64,000 nucleotides of DNA, taken from Rickettsiales bacterium. Its GTDB lineage: Bacteria > Pseudomonadota > Alphaproteobacteria > Rs-D84. The notes under the pieces are model-generated. The model was not told where the DNA came from. It did no database searches and saw nothing but the letters and a program-made list of their open reading frames with translations. Location: NCBI GenBank assembly GCA_031283185.1, contig JAITCH010000009.1:1190-65189 (forward strand). Reading direction: 5' to 3'. The position numbers and the translations under genes are program-made. Below, piece after piece: positions 1-9,796 of this stretch. Within the stretch, counting starts at the first letter, position 1. Each line of letters starts with the position of its first letter.

Positions 1-3000
1 TCCCATCGCCAGCGCAACGGAATCCGTCTTCGCATTGCACGCATTGCGTTCCGCCCGCCGATACATAGAATGGCGCGGGGCAAACCAGCCAAGTTGATTG
101 ACCCGGTGCGGATTGATAATTTGATCCGCTTGCCGCCGTGCAACCGGACGCGGTCGTTAAATTTGCGCCCGTTCCGATTGTTCCCGCCGGGCATTGTTTG
201 GGCGCAGTTAAATTCGCACCATCGCAATAATTACCCGCCCCGCAGTTGCGGCGTGTGCCGTCTCCGGGACAATAATATCCAACTCCGCAGTCCACAATCG
301 CGCCAGTTATGCCGTCAGTCCAATATCCGGGTGCGACTGCATTCGGCGCACACTGAGATTTCGCAGTTGAACCCGCCGCCGACCAAGTCCCCGCCGGACA
401 TACCGCACAATTCGCCGCCGAAGATGCCGTTGCAGATTCGCCATATCTTCCTGCCGGACATTGTTCGCGTGCCGTGCCGCCCGCGCAATAATACCCTGCC
501 CCGCAAGTTGTAATTTTGCCGTCCGCGCAGACATATCCTGCCGGGCAGTTGTCGGCGCAGTTCGCGCCCCATTTGCCCGCCGGACATTTGGCGCATTCAT
601 CCGCGCTCACCAAACCAATTGCGCCGTTATGATATGTTCCCACCGGGCAGGCGGTCGCAACGCTTGACCCTGCCGGGCAATATCCGCCCGAACACGGCAC
701 GCGATTCACACCCAAAGCGCACATATATCCTGCCGCGCAGACGGACTTTGTGCCATCAGTGCAGTGATTGCCGACTCCGCATTGTGTGGCATTACAGGCC
801 GCGGCATTTGCCGCACCTGCCAACGACCAAGTATTCGCCGGACAATAAGTTGATAATGCGGATCCGGCCGGACAATAATGACCTTCGGGACAATGGACGC
901 GCCGTCCGATGCCCGGGCAGTAATATCCGGCGGTGCAGGCATCCTTTGCAAAATTTTCGCACCAGTTGCCCGCTCCGCAAAGTTCCGCGGTGCAACTCGC
1001 CGCGCCGCTTGCGCCGGGCTCTGACCAAGTCCCCGCCGCGCAAGGTGTTGGCGCGCGCACATTTTCAGGGCAATACGCGCCAGCCGGACAAATTACAGAA
1101 AGTTCATCAACCGGGCAATACCGACCCGCGGCGCAAGGCGATTTTGATCCGCCAGCGCAAAGTTCCGTTTCGCCGCACAGCGCGACCTTGCAGTCGGATG
1201 CGGCGGAAGCATTTTTATAAGACCAGGTTCCGGCAGGACAGGTAGTCGCCGCATCGCTTCCCTCTGGGCAGTAATGACCTGCGGGGCAGTCGACGCGCGT
1301 GCCGTCCCCGGAACATACAAAGCCTGCGGGGCAAATTATTTTTGATCCGTCCGCGCACCAGTTGGCCTTGCCCGCCCATATTGGGTCGGCGTTGCATTCA
1401 AGGACGGAACAGGAACTTTCCCCTGCGATTGACCAGCGACCTTGGGGGCAGTTGCGCTGAACCGAAGACCCTGCCTCGCAGAATTTGCCTGCGGTGCAGT
1501 CGGCCAAAATTCCATTGCCAGCACAGAATTTTCCCGGCGAGCAAGTTTGGCGCACGCCGTTTCCGGGGCACCAGTTTCCGATTCCGCAGATTTCATTGGT
1601 GCACTCCGCCGCGCTTTTCGCGCCCTGTAATGACCAAGTGCCGACCGGGCAGTTTTCTTCGCCCTTACCGGTCTCGCAGAATTTACCCTCTGGACATTCG
1701 GTTTTTACGACCACATCATCCGCGCTTATAATGCAATAGAATCCTGCCGGGCATTCTTGTATTGCCGCATTTGTCCCCTCGCACCATTTGTTGTTCCCGC
1801 AAAGCGCACCAATGCAGTCGGCTTTTTTGACCGAGCCGATTGCCGACCAAGTTCCGTCTGGACAAGAAGTTTTCTTCGCTACGCCCGCCGCGCACCAACT
1901 GCCTGCTGGACAATCTATCTTTGTTCCATTGCCCGCGCAAAATGACCCGGCGGGGCATTCGGATTTAACGCCGTTTTCACACCAGTTGCCTGCGGCACAG
2001 ATTGCGGTTTTGCAGTCGGATGCGAGGGACGCGCCGGGCAAAGACCAAGTTCCGGCTTCGCAGACGGCGGGCGCGGATGATCCGGCCGGGCAGTAATATC
2101 CCGCCGGACATTCGGTAATTTTCCCATCTCCGGCGCAAATGCTGCCCGCGGGGCAAGGCCATTGCACTCCGTCCGCGCACCAGTTCCCTGCGGGACAAGC
2201 GGCGCAGTCTGATGCCTTGGTCGCGCCTGCGGCCTTTGCGGCGACCGCAAATCCGTCAAATGAAACGCTGCCAGCCGCAGACCAAGTTCCGACTGGGCAA
2301 GCGAATGAATCGCGCCCATCGCAATAATATCCTTCGGCGCATTCGCGGATGTTCGCGCCGCCATTCGGGCAAATAAAGCCGGGCGCACATTTGGTGCAGT
2401 CTTCGGATTTGCCGGGGCATTTGCCGGTTATGAAAACTTGATTGCGATATGTGTCGCCGTCTGCCAAGGCGGATACTTCACAGGTCGCGCCCGCCCAATG
2501 TCCAGCAGGACATACGACCTTGCCCACGCCATCCGGGCAGTAAAAGTTCCAACCTGCGTCCCCTTGGCGTTGTTCATTGCACGGACGGCAGACATTGTGG
2601 AAGGTTCGCGCGACAGAATTATCCGCAGGCTTTACATAATAGAATCCCGCGCCGCAGTTAATTATTTTCCCGTCTTCACAATAAGACTCTTCCGGGCAAA
2701 AATTCGGCGCGCAGTCGGATGCGGCGGACGCGCCATTCAAAGACCATTTTCCAACAGGGCAAAGGGTGGGCGCGGATGATCCAGCCGGACAATATGAACC
2801 TGCGGGGCATTCGGTCTTTTTTCCATCTCCGGCGCAAGTGAATCCGCTTGGGCATTGGGCGGCGCAAGCCATTCCCATAAATTCGCTGCGGCGCGGATTG
2901 TATCCCTTGGATTTCATAAACGCGTCCAGTGCGTCAATCAGTGTGTCTTTGGAAACCGACCAAGTCCCCGCCGGACAACTTTCAATACTGCCGGGATCGA

Positions 3001-3694
3001 AACAGAATGAACCTTCGGGACACATCATACATTCGGCGATGGATTGCGCTTTGTTGGTTTCGGTTAGCGTTCCCATCGGACAAGGCGCGCGGGCAGATCC
3101 GCCGATGCAGTAATAACCTTTGCCGCAAGGCGAGCAGGTGCCGTTGTCGAATCCGAATGAAACGCGATTGTATGTGCCGGGCTGACAGCACATTACAGGT
3201 GCGAAGTATAAATTCACATAGTCGTCCATTGATTTCACCGGGACTTTTTTGCCCCAGATTGTGGATGATATTTCGCGGGCGAGTTTCCACATCTCGTTCA
3301 AGTATTCCATATCTTGGGCGACGGTGTCGGTTTGGGGGATAGTGCTGTAAGAATCAAAGCGCGGCAGTTCGTCATTGAAATATGGCGAGCAAGATCCAAG
3401 CATAGCGATGTTGTGTGCATACCAAGAATCGGCGGGTGAAAGGCTGATTGGGATTCCCATATTTTGCGCGTGGCCGATTACGACATCGTAGAGTTTGTCC
3501 TTGGTGTCAGCGATTTTTTGGATTTCTGGTGCGATGTTTTGCGGGTCAAGCGCGGGGTATGACGAGACCGCGATACAGTTAGGTCCTTGGCAGAAAGGTC
3601 TACCTGAAATATCGACGGCTGCTGACGCGTTTAGGGTGCAAAAGCATAAGCCTATAAAGGCTTGAATTTTGATAAAATTCCAAGTCCGAAGCAA
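1..3694 (-). CDS. Very large secreted cysteine-rich repeat protein (GCC2_GCC3 / ephrin-receptor-like CPAGTWS / CPAGxYC repeats), 3' end beyond window
   Basis: Minus-strand frame is open from TTG at 3694 to position 1, which is why the ORF track (which needs a stop) does not list it. A GAGGAAGGA Shine-Dalgarno lies 7 nt upstream. The N-terminus reads LLRTWNFIKIQAFIGLCFCTLNASAAVD, a signal peptide with AXA cleavage. A unique domain of about 150 aa follows, then dozens of tandem CxxC...CPAG(T/S)WS / CPAGYYC units seen as the DNA repeat gaccaagtccccgccgg. All plus-strand ORFs here are shadows of this gene. Confidence 0.6.
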   Translation of the reverse strand, partial: MLRTWNFIKIQAFIGLCFCTLNASAAVDISGRPFCQGPNCIAVSSYPALDPQNIAPEIQKIADTKDKLYDVVIGHAQNMGIPISLSPADSWYAHNIAMLGSCSPYFNDELPRFDSYSTIPQTDTVAQDMEYLNEMWKLAREISSTIWGKKVPVKSMDDYVNLYFAPVMCCQPGTYNRVSFGFDNGTCSPCGKGYYCIGGSARAPCPMGTLTETNKAQSIAECMMCPEGSFCFDPGSIESCPAGTWSVSKDTLIDALDAFMKSKGYNPRRSEFMGMACAAQCPSGFTCAGDGKKTECPAGSYCPAGSSAPTLCPVGKWSLNGASAASDCAPNFCPEESYCEDGKIINCGAGFYYVKPADNSVARTFHNVCRPCNEQRQGDAGWNFYCPDGVGKVVCPAGHWAGATCEVSALADGDTYRNQVFITGKCPGKSEDCTKCAPGFICPNGGANIRECAEGYYCDGRDSFACPVGTWSAAGSVSFDGFAVAAKAAGATKASDCAACPAGNWCADGVQWPCPAGSICAGDGKITECPAGYYCPAGSSAPAVCEAGTWSLPGASLASDCKTAICAAGNWCENGVKSECPAGSFCAGNGTKIDCPAGSWCAAGVAKKTSCPDGTWSAIGSVKKADCIGALCGNNKWCEGTNAAIQECPAGFYCIISADDVVVKTECPEGKFCETGKGEENCPVGTWSLQGAKSAAECTNEICGIGNWCPGNGVRQTCSPGKFCAGNGILADCTAGKFCEAGSSVQRNCPQGRWSIAGESSCSVLECNADPIWAGKANWCADGSKIICPAGFVCSGDGTRVDCPAGHYCPEGSDAATTCPAGTWSYKNASAASDCKVALCGETELCAGGSKSPCAAGRYCPVDELSVICPAGAYCPENVRAPTPCAAGTWSEPGASGAASCTAELCGAGNWCENFAKDACTAGYYCPGIGRRVHCPEGHYCPAGSALSTYCPANTWSLAGAANAAACNATQCGVGNHCTDGTKSVCAAGYMCALGVNRVPCSGGYCPAGSSVATACPVGTYHNGAIGLVSADECAKCPAGKWGANCADNCPAGYVCADGKITTCGAGYYCAGGTAREQCPAGRYGESATASSAANCAVCPAGTWSAAGSTAKSQCAPNAVAPGYWTDGITGAIVDCGVGYYCPGDGTRRNCGAGNYCDGANLTAPKQCPAGTIGTGANLTTASGCTAASGSNYQSAPGQSTWLVCPAPFYVSAGGTQCVQCEDGFRCAGDG

Positions 3695-3875
3695 TTGATT
3701 TCCTTCCTCTGCCAACAAGTCTAGCAAATCAAACCAAGGTCAATCAAGTGAGTTTTATTGCCTAAATATTATTTTGAAACGTTATATGCAGAACTTAAAA
3801 ATTCAAATAATAAAATAATTTTGATTTGCTTTTACATACAGGACAATATAATATAAATATGGAGGAAAGCCAAAT

Positions 3876-4859
3876 ATGATGCGTTCCATAGAAATATGTG
3901 CAGGTGCTGGTGGTCAGGCTATTGGACTTGAACAAGCAGGTTTTTCACATACCGCACTTATAGAGATTGAAAAACTAGCATGCGATACCTTACGCACAAA
4001 TCGTCCAAATTGGAATATAATTGAAACAGATTTGCATAATTGGTCAGCCAAACAATATGAGGGTATTGACCTGTTCGCAGGTGGCATTCCATGTCCACCA
4101 TTTTCTGTCGCAGGAAAACAGTTAGGAAAAGATGACCCCCGGGATCTTTTTCCAACCGCATTACGGCTTATATCCGAATGCGATCCAAAGTCCATCTTGC
4201 TTGAAAATGTAAAAGGGCTTTTTAGTTCCAAATTTGACGAATATCGTGAACACATAAAATCACAACTAGAATCCATGGGGTATGTTTGCTTTTGGAATTT
4301 GATAAATTCCTGTAATTATGGTTTGCCTCAGTTGCGTCCGAGAACAATTCTAATCGCATTAAAAAAAGAATATGCTCAACATTTTAGATGGCCATTGGGC
4401 ATCATCGCCCCACCTCCAACCATAGGTGATTTATTAAAGGAAGAGCTCGCTTCCAATGGCTGGCTTGGCGCGGAAGAATGGGCAAAAAAGGCGGATTGGA
4501 TTGCCCCTACATTAGTCGGTGGAAGCAAAAAACATGGTGGTGCCGATCTAGGGCCAACTCGCGCCAAAGAAGCATGGGCAAAGCTTGGAATAGATGGTTG
4601 TGGGTTGGCGGATAAAGCGCCGGAAAAAAATTTTGTGGGAATACCACGGCTTACCATACAAATGGCGGCTTTGGTGCAAGGATTTCCGAAATGTTGGCAA
4701 TTTTCAGGCAAAAAAACACCTGCATACAGACAAATAGGCAACGCTTTTCCTCCACCCGTTGCAAAAGCAATGGGCAAAGCGATAATGAGGGCTTTGATAG
4801 CCGGAGAAGAAATAAAAGAAGGTGAAGAATATGGTAAAAAACTTAGGCTCGCGAGCTAA
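3876..4859 (+). CDS. DNA cytosine-5 methyltransferase (Dcm family)
   Basis: Motif I EICAGAGG, motif IV PCPPFS, motif VI ENVKGL, motif X QIGNAFPP. AT-rich context. Confidence 0.85.
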   Translation: MMRSIEICAGAGGQAIGLEQAGFSHTALIEIEKLACDTLRTNRPNWNIIETDLHNWSAKQYEGIDLFAGGIPCPPFSVAGKQLGKDDPRDLFPTALRLISECDPKSILLENVKGLFSSKFDEYREHIKSQLESMGYVCFWNLINSCNYGLPQLRPRTILIALKKEYAQHFRWPLGIIAPPPTIGDLLKEELASNGWLGAEEWAKKADWIAPTLVGGSKKHGGADLGPTRAKEAWAKLGIDGCGLADKAPEKNFVGIPRLTIQMAALVQGFPKCWQFSGKKTPAYRQIGNAFPPPVAKAMGKAIMRALIAGEEIKEGEEYGKKLRLAS

Positions 4860-5394
4860 ACTGCGTCAATATTTATTTGATAATATAGGAAAAGTGTTGT
4901 CTTCCAATGAACTGCGTGAAGTGGCTGGGACTTCAGAATGGGGGCAGCGTGTCCGTGAATTACGCGATGAAGAAGGTCTACAAATCTTAACACACAATGA
5001 CAGATCCACATTAAAACCCGGTCAATATATTTTGGAAACAGAGAAACCAAAACCTGCATTCGCTCGTGAAATCAGCAAAGAAACCCGCGCATATGTCTTG
5101 GATCGGAATGGCTTTACTTGTCAAATGTGCGGTGCTGTTGCCGGGGAGCCACACCCTTATGATACCACCAAGAAAACACGCCTTCATATTGGACACATAA
5201 TAGATAAAAGCATGGGTGGCACAGATGATTATTCTAATTTGCGCGCAATTTGTAGTATATGTAATGAAGGGGCATCAAATATCACACTTGAACGACCATC
5301 TTATGAAAAATTATTAATACAAATTCGTCGTGCCAATGGCGGAGATCAAAAGAAAATCTTAGAATGGCTAAAAAATAAGTTTCAAGATTTCTAA
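4822..5394 (+). CDS. HNH endonuclease (candidate restriction or nicking partner of the methyltransferase)
   Basis: CQMCG...HIGHIID...NLRAICSICN bba-Me/HNH signature. Overlaps the methyltransferase 3' end by 38 nt (translational coupling). Confidence 0.65.
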   Translation: MKNMVKNLGSRAKLRQYLFDNIGKVLSSNELREVAGTSEWGQRVRELRDEEGLQILTHNDRSTLKPGQYILETEKPKPAFAREISKETRAYVLDRNGFTCQMCGAVAGEPHPYDTTKKTRLHIGHIIDKSMGGTDDYSNLRAICSICNEGASNITLERPSYEKLLIQIRRANGGDQKKILEWLKNKFQDF

Positions 5395-5509
5395 GATTAA
5401 AAAGGATTTTCCATGGAAACTAAGGGCAATGCTTTTATAGCATTTATAAATCTTAAAAACTATGATTTTAAACCATATAGTTTTTAAGGAATAAAAAAGA
5501 TTTGAAATT

Positions 5510-5902
5510 ATGAGCACAAAATTTATCGAATATAAAAATTTTATAAAGATTTCAGCGCATCTTGTGAACCACGGATATATAACCCACTGGAATCGGGTTG
5601 ATGATAATGGGGCCGATTTTATTTGTATCCACAACAGGACTTGCGCCATATTCAAGATTCAGTTGAAGTCACGAATCACCGTGGATCCCAAAAAATATGC
5701 AGGCAAGAATATATTTATGGCATTTCCTAAAAGAGAAAAATTCCCCAATAAGGATTGGGTAATTGTCAAACATGATGCATTGTTAAAAATTTATCATAAT
5801 ATGATCACACCTAATAAAATCAGAAGTTCACCCAATGTTCCGAACAAAGATTGGAACGCCATAAAGAAAATATCTATTATTCCACCATTTGATTTTTCTT
5901 AA
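5510..5902 (+). CDS. Hypothetical protein, possible small PD-(D/E)xK-like nuclease
   Basis: 130 aa, AT-rich island. Weak D...QxK pattern (GADFICIH...AIFKIQLK). No confident homology from sequence alone. Confidence 0.35.
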   Translation: MSTKFIEYKNFIKISAHLVNHGYITHWNRVDDNGADFICIHNRTCAIFKIQLKSRITVDPKKYAGKNIFMAFPKREKFPNKDWVIVKHDALLKIYHNMITPNKIRSSPNVPNKDWNAIKKISIIPPFDFS

Positions 5903-5918
5903 AAAGTAATTCGATCGT

Positions 5919-6446
5919 CTAAATCTCTGAGTCTGGATTGATTTTAATGGCATAGCGGTTCAGAACATTGAAAAACTTCTGCTCGCTCTTTTCATCCCTA
6001 AATCCCATCAGCATATTTCCGTATTTTTCACGCGCCCGTTTAATGCGCCACTCCGCCAATCGCTTTATCCCGAATTTATAATCTTTGACCTTATAAACAT
6101 CCACGATTTTGGATAAGTCTTCCAAATGGAATGTAATTTTATTTATAACTTTCACAGGCGCGTTATTGCGATAATGGCATTCGTTATCTTCGCCGCAGAA
6201 ATACCAGTTGTCATTGTTTTCCAGTTCATAAACTTCGCCGTTGATTTCCGAAGAAAAAACATAAAGCGGCCTATGCCCAAAGGTATCTATTAGGGCGACT
6301 TTGGGCAAAGTCCTGGCCTTAATATACATTGGCTGTCGAATTTTAATCGAAGCATTAACATCTTCGTGCGTCTTAAATTGCGGGATGAGTTCATCGCCGA
6401 CTTCCAACTTTTCTTGCGTTCCGTGAAAAAATCTTAAATTTTCCAT
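5919..6446 (-). CDS. Hypothetical protein (island cargo)
   Basis: 175 aa ORF convergent with the island genes. AT-rich codon usage. R...SS...ExE-like residue order noted but unproven. Confidence 0.4.
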   Translation of the reverse strand: MENLRFFHGTQEKLEVGDELIPQFKTHEDVNASIKIRQPMYIKARTLPKVALIDTFGHRPLYVFSSEINGEVYELENNDNWYFCGEDNECHYRNNAPVKVINKITFHLEDLSKIVDVYKVKDYKFGIKRLAEWRIKRAREKYGNMLMGFRDEKSEQKFFNVLNRYAIKINPDSEI

Positions 6447-6488
6447 AAAATGATTATATCACAAACCCGGAAATTTTTCTATTTATAG

Positions 6489-7478
6489 TTATCTTGTTTT
6501 CGCCAAATACCATTTGATTGTTTTGACGATCCCGGTATCAAAATTTTCTTTTGCGCGCCAGCTCAATTCCTTTTCCAACTTGGTCGCATCAATCGCGTAT
6601 CTGCGGTCGTGTCCTAATCTATCCGCGACAAATGAAATCTGATTTTTATATGAAACGCCATCCGCTCGCGGCTGTTCCCTATCTAGAAGTCCGCATATAG
6701 TATTCACAATCTGCAAATTATTCCGCTCATTTCGTCCGCCGACATTATAAACCTCGCCAGCAACTCCGTTATGATAAATCAAGTCAATCGCCTTGCAGTG
6801 GTCGGCGACATAAAGCCAGTCGCGCACATTTTTCCCATCGCCATAAATCGGAATTGGTTCGCCCGCCAACGCCTTGCGGATTATGGTTGGGATTAGTTTC
6901 TCCGCGTGTTGTTTCGGTCCATAATTATTGGAACAATTTGAAGTCGTTATATTCATTCCATATGTATGGAATGCGGCGCGAACTATGTGGTCGCTTGCGG
7001 CCTTAGATGCGGAATAAGGGCTGTTCGGTGCGTATGGCGTGGCTTCGGTGAAAAGTCCAGTTTCCCCCAAAGATCCATAAACTTCATCAGTTGATATATG
7101 ATGGAATCGCGGCGTTTTATCTTCGCCCCAGTGCGCCCTCGCGGCCTCTATTAAATTCGCTGTTCCGATGACATTGGTTTCATAAAATCCCAGCGGCGTT
7201 TTAATGGATCTATCAACATGACTTTCTGCTGCGAAGTGAATCACCCCTTGAATATTATAATGTTCAAAGTGGGTTTGAAGCATCCCAAAATGGCAAATGT
7301 CGCCCAACACGAATTGATAATTTGGAACGCCGTCCATTTCGGCGAGATTGCTTTTATCGCTGCCCTGCACCATAGAATCCAAACAAATGATTTTGTATTT
7401 CGGATGTTTTTTTGCGAAGTAAGGAATGAAGTTAGAACCGATAAATCCCGCGCCGCCGGTTATAAGAATTGGTTTCAT
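6489..7478 (-). CDS. rmlB: dTDP-glucose 4,6-dehydratase
   Basis: ILITGGAGFIGSNF Rossmann motif and the YxxxK catalytic region. ATG at 7478 overlaps the rmlD stop (ATGA); the track ORF extends to 7499. Confidence 0.9.
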   Translation of the reverse strand: MKPILITGGAGFIGSNFIPYFAKKHPKYKIICLDSMVQGSDKSNLAEMDGVPNYQFVLGDICHFGMLQTHFEHYNIQGVIHFAAESHVDRSIKTPLGFYETNVIGTANLIEAARAHWGEDKTPRFHHISTDEVYGSLGETGLFTEATPYAPNSPYSASKAASDHIVRAAFHTYGMNITTSNCSNNYGPKQHAEKLIPTIIRKALAGEPIPIYGDGKNVRDWLYVADHCKAIDLIYHNGVAGEVYNVGGRNERNNLQIVNTICGLLDREQPRADGVSYKNQISFVADRLGHDRRYAIDATKLEKELSWRAKENFDTGIVKTIKWYLAKTR

Positions 7479-8305
7479 CGCACTAACTCCTTTATGCATT
7501 CTTTAAGGCTGACGCGCCATTCTGGAATTTCTATGCCTAGGGTCTTTATGATTTTGGATTTGTCCAGGACGGAGTATTCCGGGCGTTTTGCCTTGGTCGG
7601 ATATTGGGCGGTGGTTATGGGATTGACATTGCAGTTCAGTCCAGATAATTTCATAATGTTTTTTGCAAATTCATACCAACTTACATAGCCTTCGTTTGTG
7701 TAGTGAAAGATCTCCTTGAACCCGCCATTGACCATTGGCGCGATTTTAAGAATTACATCAGACAGGTCGCGTGCATTTGTCGGCGTTCCGTGCTGATCGT
7801 AGACAACATTTATTTCATCTTTTTGCGAACCGAGTTTCAGCATTGTCTTAACAAAGTTATTTCCATAAGGACTGTAAAGCCAAGCCGTCCGAATGATCGC
7901 GGCGGATTCGGCATTTTCCATCACGGCAAGTTCACCCGCAAGTTTTGTCGCGCCATATACGGATTGCGGATTGCAGTTTGATGTTTCCGAATATAGAGAA
8001 TTTGCAAGCCCGTCGAATACATAATCTGTGGAAAGGTGAATGATGTTCCGTCCGTATTTTGCAAGATTACCCGCGCCGATATGGTTGACGGCGTTGGCGA
8101 TTTCTGGTTCGTCTTCGGCCTTGTCGACTGCGGTGTAAGCGGCGCAGTTGACGACGCAGTCATATTTGTCGGACTTGAAAAAATCCGCGACTGCTTTTTC
8201 GTTTGTTATGTCCAGTTCGTCCATATCAACATAGCGGGCTGTGTCGCCCAAAATGTCTTCCAAACAAGTTCCAAGTTGTCCGCGTGCACCTGTGATTAAA
8301 AGCAT
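7475..8305 (-). CDS. rmlD: dTDP-4-dehydrorhamnose reductase
   Basis: MLLITGARGQLG..., typical RmlD length and motifs. Confidence 0.85.
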   Translation of the reverse strand: MLLITGARGQLGTCLEDILGDTARYVDMDELDITNEKAVADFFKSDKYDCVVNCAAYTAVDKAEDEPEIANAVNHIGAGNLAKYGRNIIHLSTDYVFDGLANSLYSETSNCNPQSVYGATKLAGELAVMENAESAAIIRTAWLYSPYGNNFVKTMLKLGSQKDEINVVYDQHGTPTNARDLSDVILKIAPMVNGGFKEIFHYTNEGYVSWYEFAKNIMKLSGLNCNVNPITTAQYPTKAKRPEYSVLDKSKIIKTLGIEIPEWRVSLKECIKELVR

Positions 8306-8844
8306 CTTCCTAACTCCTTTAATAATGGATGGCGTTTGTCTTTTTCAGATAGAATTTCTTCGCCGGCCGGGATTTGCCAGTCAATGCCCAAAGCGGGATC
8401 GTTGTAAATCAAGCCGCCGTCAGCGGAAGGATCGTAAAAGTTGTCGCACTTGTATGCGAAGACTGCGGACGCGGAAAGGACGGCGAATCCGTGCGCGAAC
8501 CCGCGCGGAATCATCAACATACAATTATTTTCACCAGTTAGTTTTGCGGATATGTGCCGTCCGTATGTTGGAGATCCGGGGCGGAGGTCAACCGCAACAT
8601 CCAGGACAGAGCCTTCCAAACAGCGCACAAGTTTTGCCTGGGCGGACGCGCCGCGTTGAAAATGCAAACCGCGGATTGTGCCGTAATAGGATTGCGATTG
8701 GTTGTCTTGGACAAAGTTGTATTTCAAGCCTGCGTTTTCAAATGTTTTTTGATTGTATGTTTCGACGAAGTATCCGCGGACATCTGCGAAGACGCGCGGC
8801 TTTATCAAGATTACACCATCTATTTTAGTTGGTTCAAATTGCAT
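8296..8844 (-). CDS. rmlC: dTDP-4-dehydrorhamnose 3,5-epimerase
   Basis: 182 aa cupin. FVQDNQS...RGLHFQ motif. Confidence 0.85.
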   Translation of the reverse strand: MQFEPTKIDGVILIKPRVFADVRGYFVETYNQKTFENAGLKYNFVQDNQSQSYYGTIRGLHFQRGASAQAKLVRCLEGSVLDVAVDLRPGSPTYGRHISAKLTGENNCMLMIPRGFAHGFAVLSASAVFAYKCDNFYDPSADGGLIYNDPALGIDWQIPAGEEILSEKDKRHPLLKELGRCF

Positions 8845-9718
8845 TTTGATGATCCTTTAATACTTTGCGGAGATAGTCGGCGTATCCGCCGCGCTTGAAC
8901 TTTGCGATTTGCAATTCCATTCCGCATTCGTTGATGAATCCTTTTTCAAGAGCGATTTCTTCGGGACAGGATATTTTTATTCCGCGGGTTTCTTCAATCG
9001 CGCCTATAAAATTTGATGCCAGCATCAGACTTTTTTCCGTGCCTGCGTCAAGCCAAGTCGCGCCATATCCCAAATCCATAGTTTTTAAGCGACCTTCGGC
9101 GAGATATAAATTTGACAGGTCGGTTATTTCATATTCTCCGCGTGCGGATTTTTTAACCTTTTTTGCATATTGTGCGACATCGCCTGGATAACAATAAAGT
9201 CCGATTGCGGCGAAATTTGATTTTGGTTTTGCGGGCTTTTCTTCAATAGAAATTACATTTTTTTGTTTATCAAATTCCACGATACCAAATCGTTGCGGGT
9301 CGCTGACCTTGTATGTAAAAATGGTTGCATGGTTTGGGGTTGCTGAGAGTTTTTTTCCAGTATCGCTAAGGTATCCTGTATGAATTATATTGTCGCCCAA
9401 AATCATTGCAGTCTGTTCGCCGTTTATAAAGTCTTCACCAATAACGAATGCTTGGGCGATACCTTCGGGTTCTGGTTGCTGTGCATATTCAATATGGATA
9501 CCCCATTGCGATCCATCGTGAAGAAGATCGCGGAACATTGGGATGTCGCGCGGAGTTGAAATCAGTAATATATCGCGGATACCGAACATCATTAATGTTG
9601 ATAAAGGGTAATAGATCATCGGCTTGTCATAGACCGGCAGCATCTGTTTAGAGATGGAAAATGTCATAGGGTGAAGACGCGTGTTTAGGCCACCGGCAAG
9701 AATTATGCCCTTATTCAT
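8834..9718 (-). CDS. rmlA: Glucose-1-phosphate thymidylyltransferase
   Basis: MNKGIILAGGLNTRLHPMT... G-x-G-T-R-L signature. Confidence 0.9.
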   Translation of the reverse strand: MNKGIILAGGLNTRLHPMTFSISKQMLPVYDKPMIYYPLSTLMMFGIRDILLISTPRDIPMFRDLLHDGSQWGIHIEYAQQPEPEGIAQAFVIGEDFINGEQTAMILGDNIIHTGYLSDTGKKLSATPNHATIFTYKVSDPQRFGIVEFDKQKNVISIEEKPAKPKSNFAAIGLYCYPGDVAQYAKKVKKSARGEYEITDLSNLYLAEGRLKTMDLGYGATWLDAGTEKSLMLASNFIGAIEETRGIKISCPEEIALEKGFINECGMELQIAKFKRGGYADYLRKVLKDHQNAI

Positions 9719-9796
9719 TTTTACCTCGTATTTGATTCTTATCAGGATTTTACAACAAAGAATTAATTTGTCAACAGGTAATTTCGCAAATTAATT

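Noticed and set aside
70-3342. More than 40 overlapping ORFs on both strands (for example 619-1245+, 1915-2388-, 2929-3342+)
   Set aside because: All lie inside the single long open minus-strand frame of the Cys-repeat gene. They are shadow ORFs created by GC-rich, stop-poor repeats.
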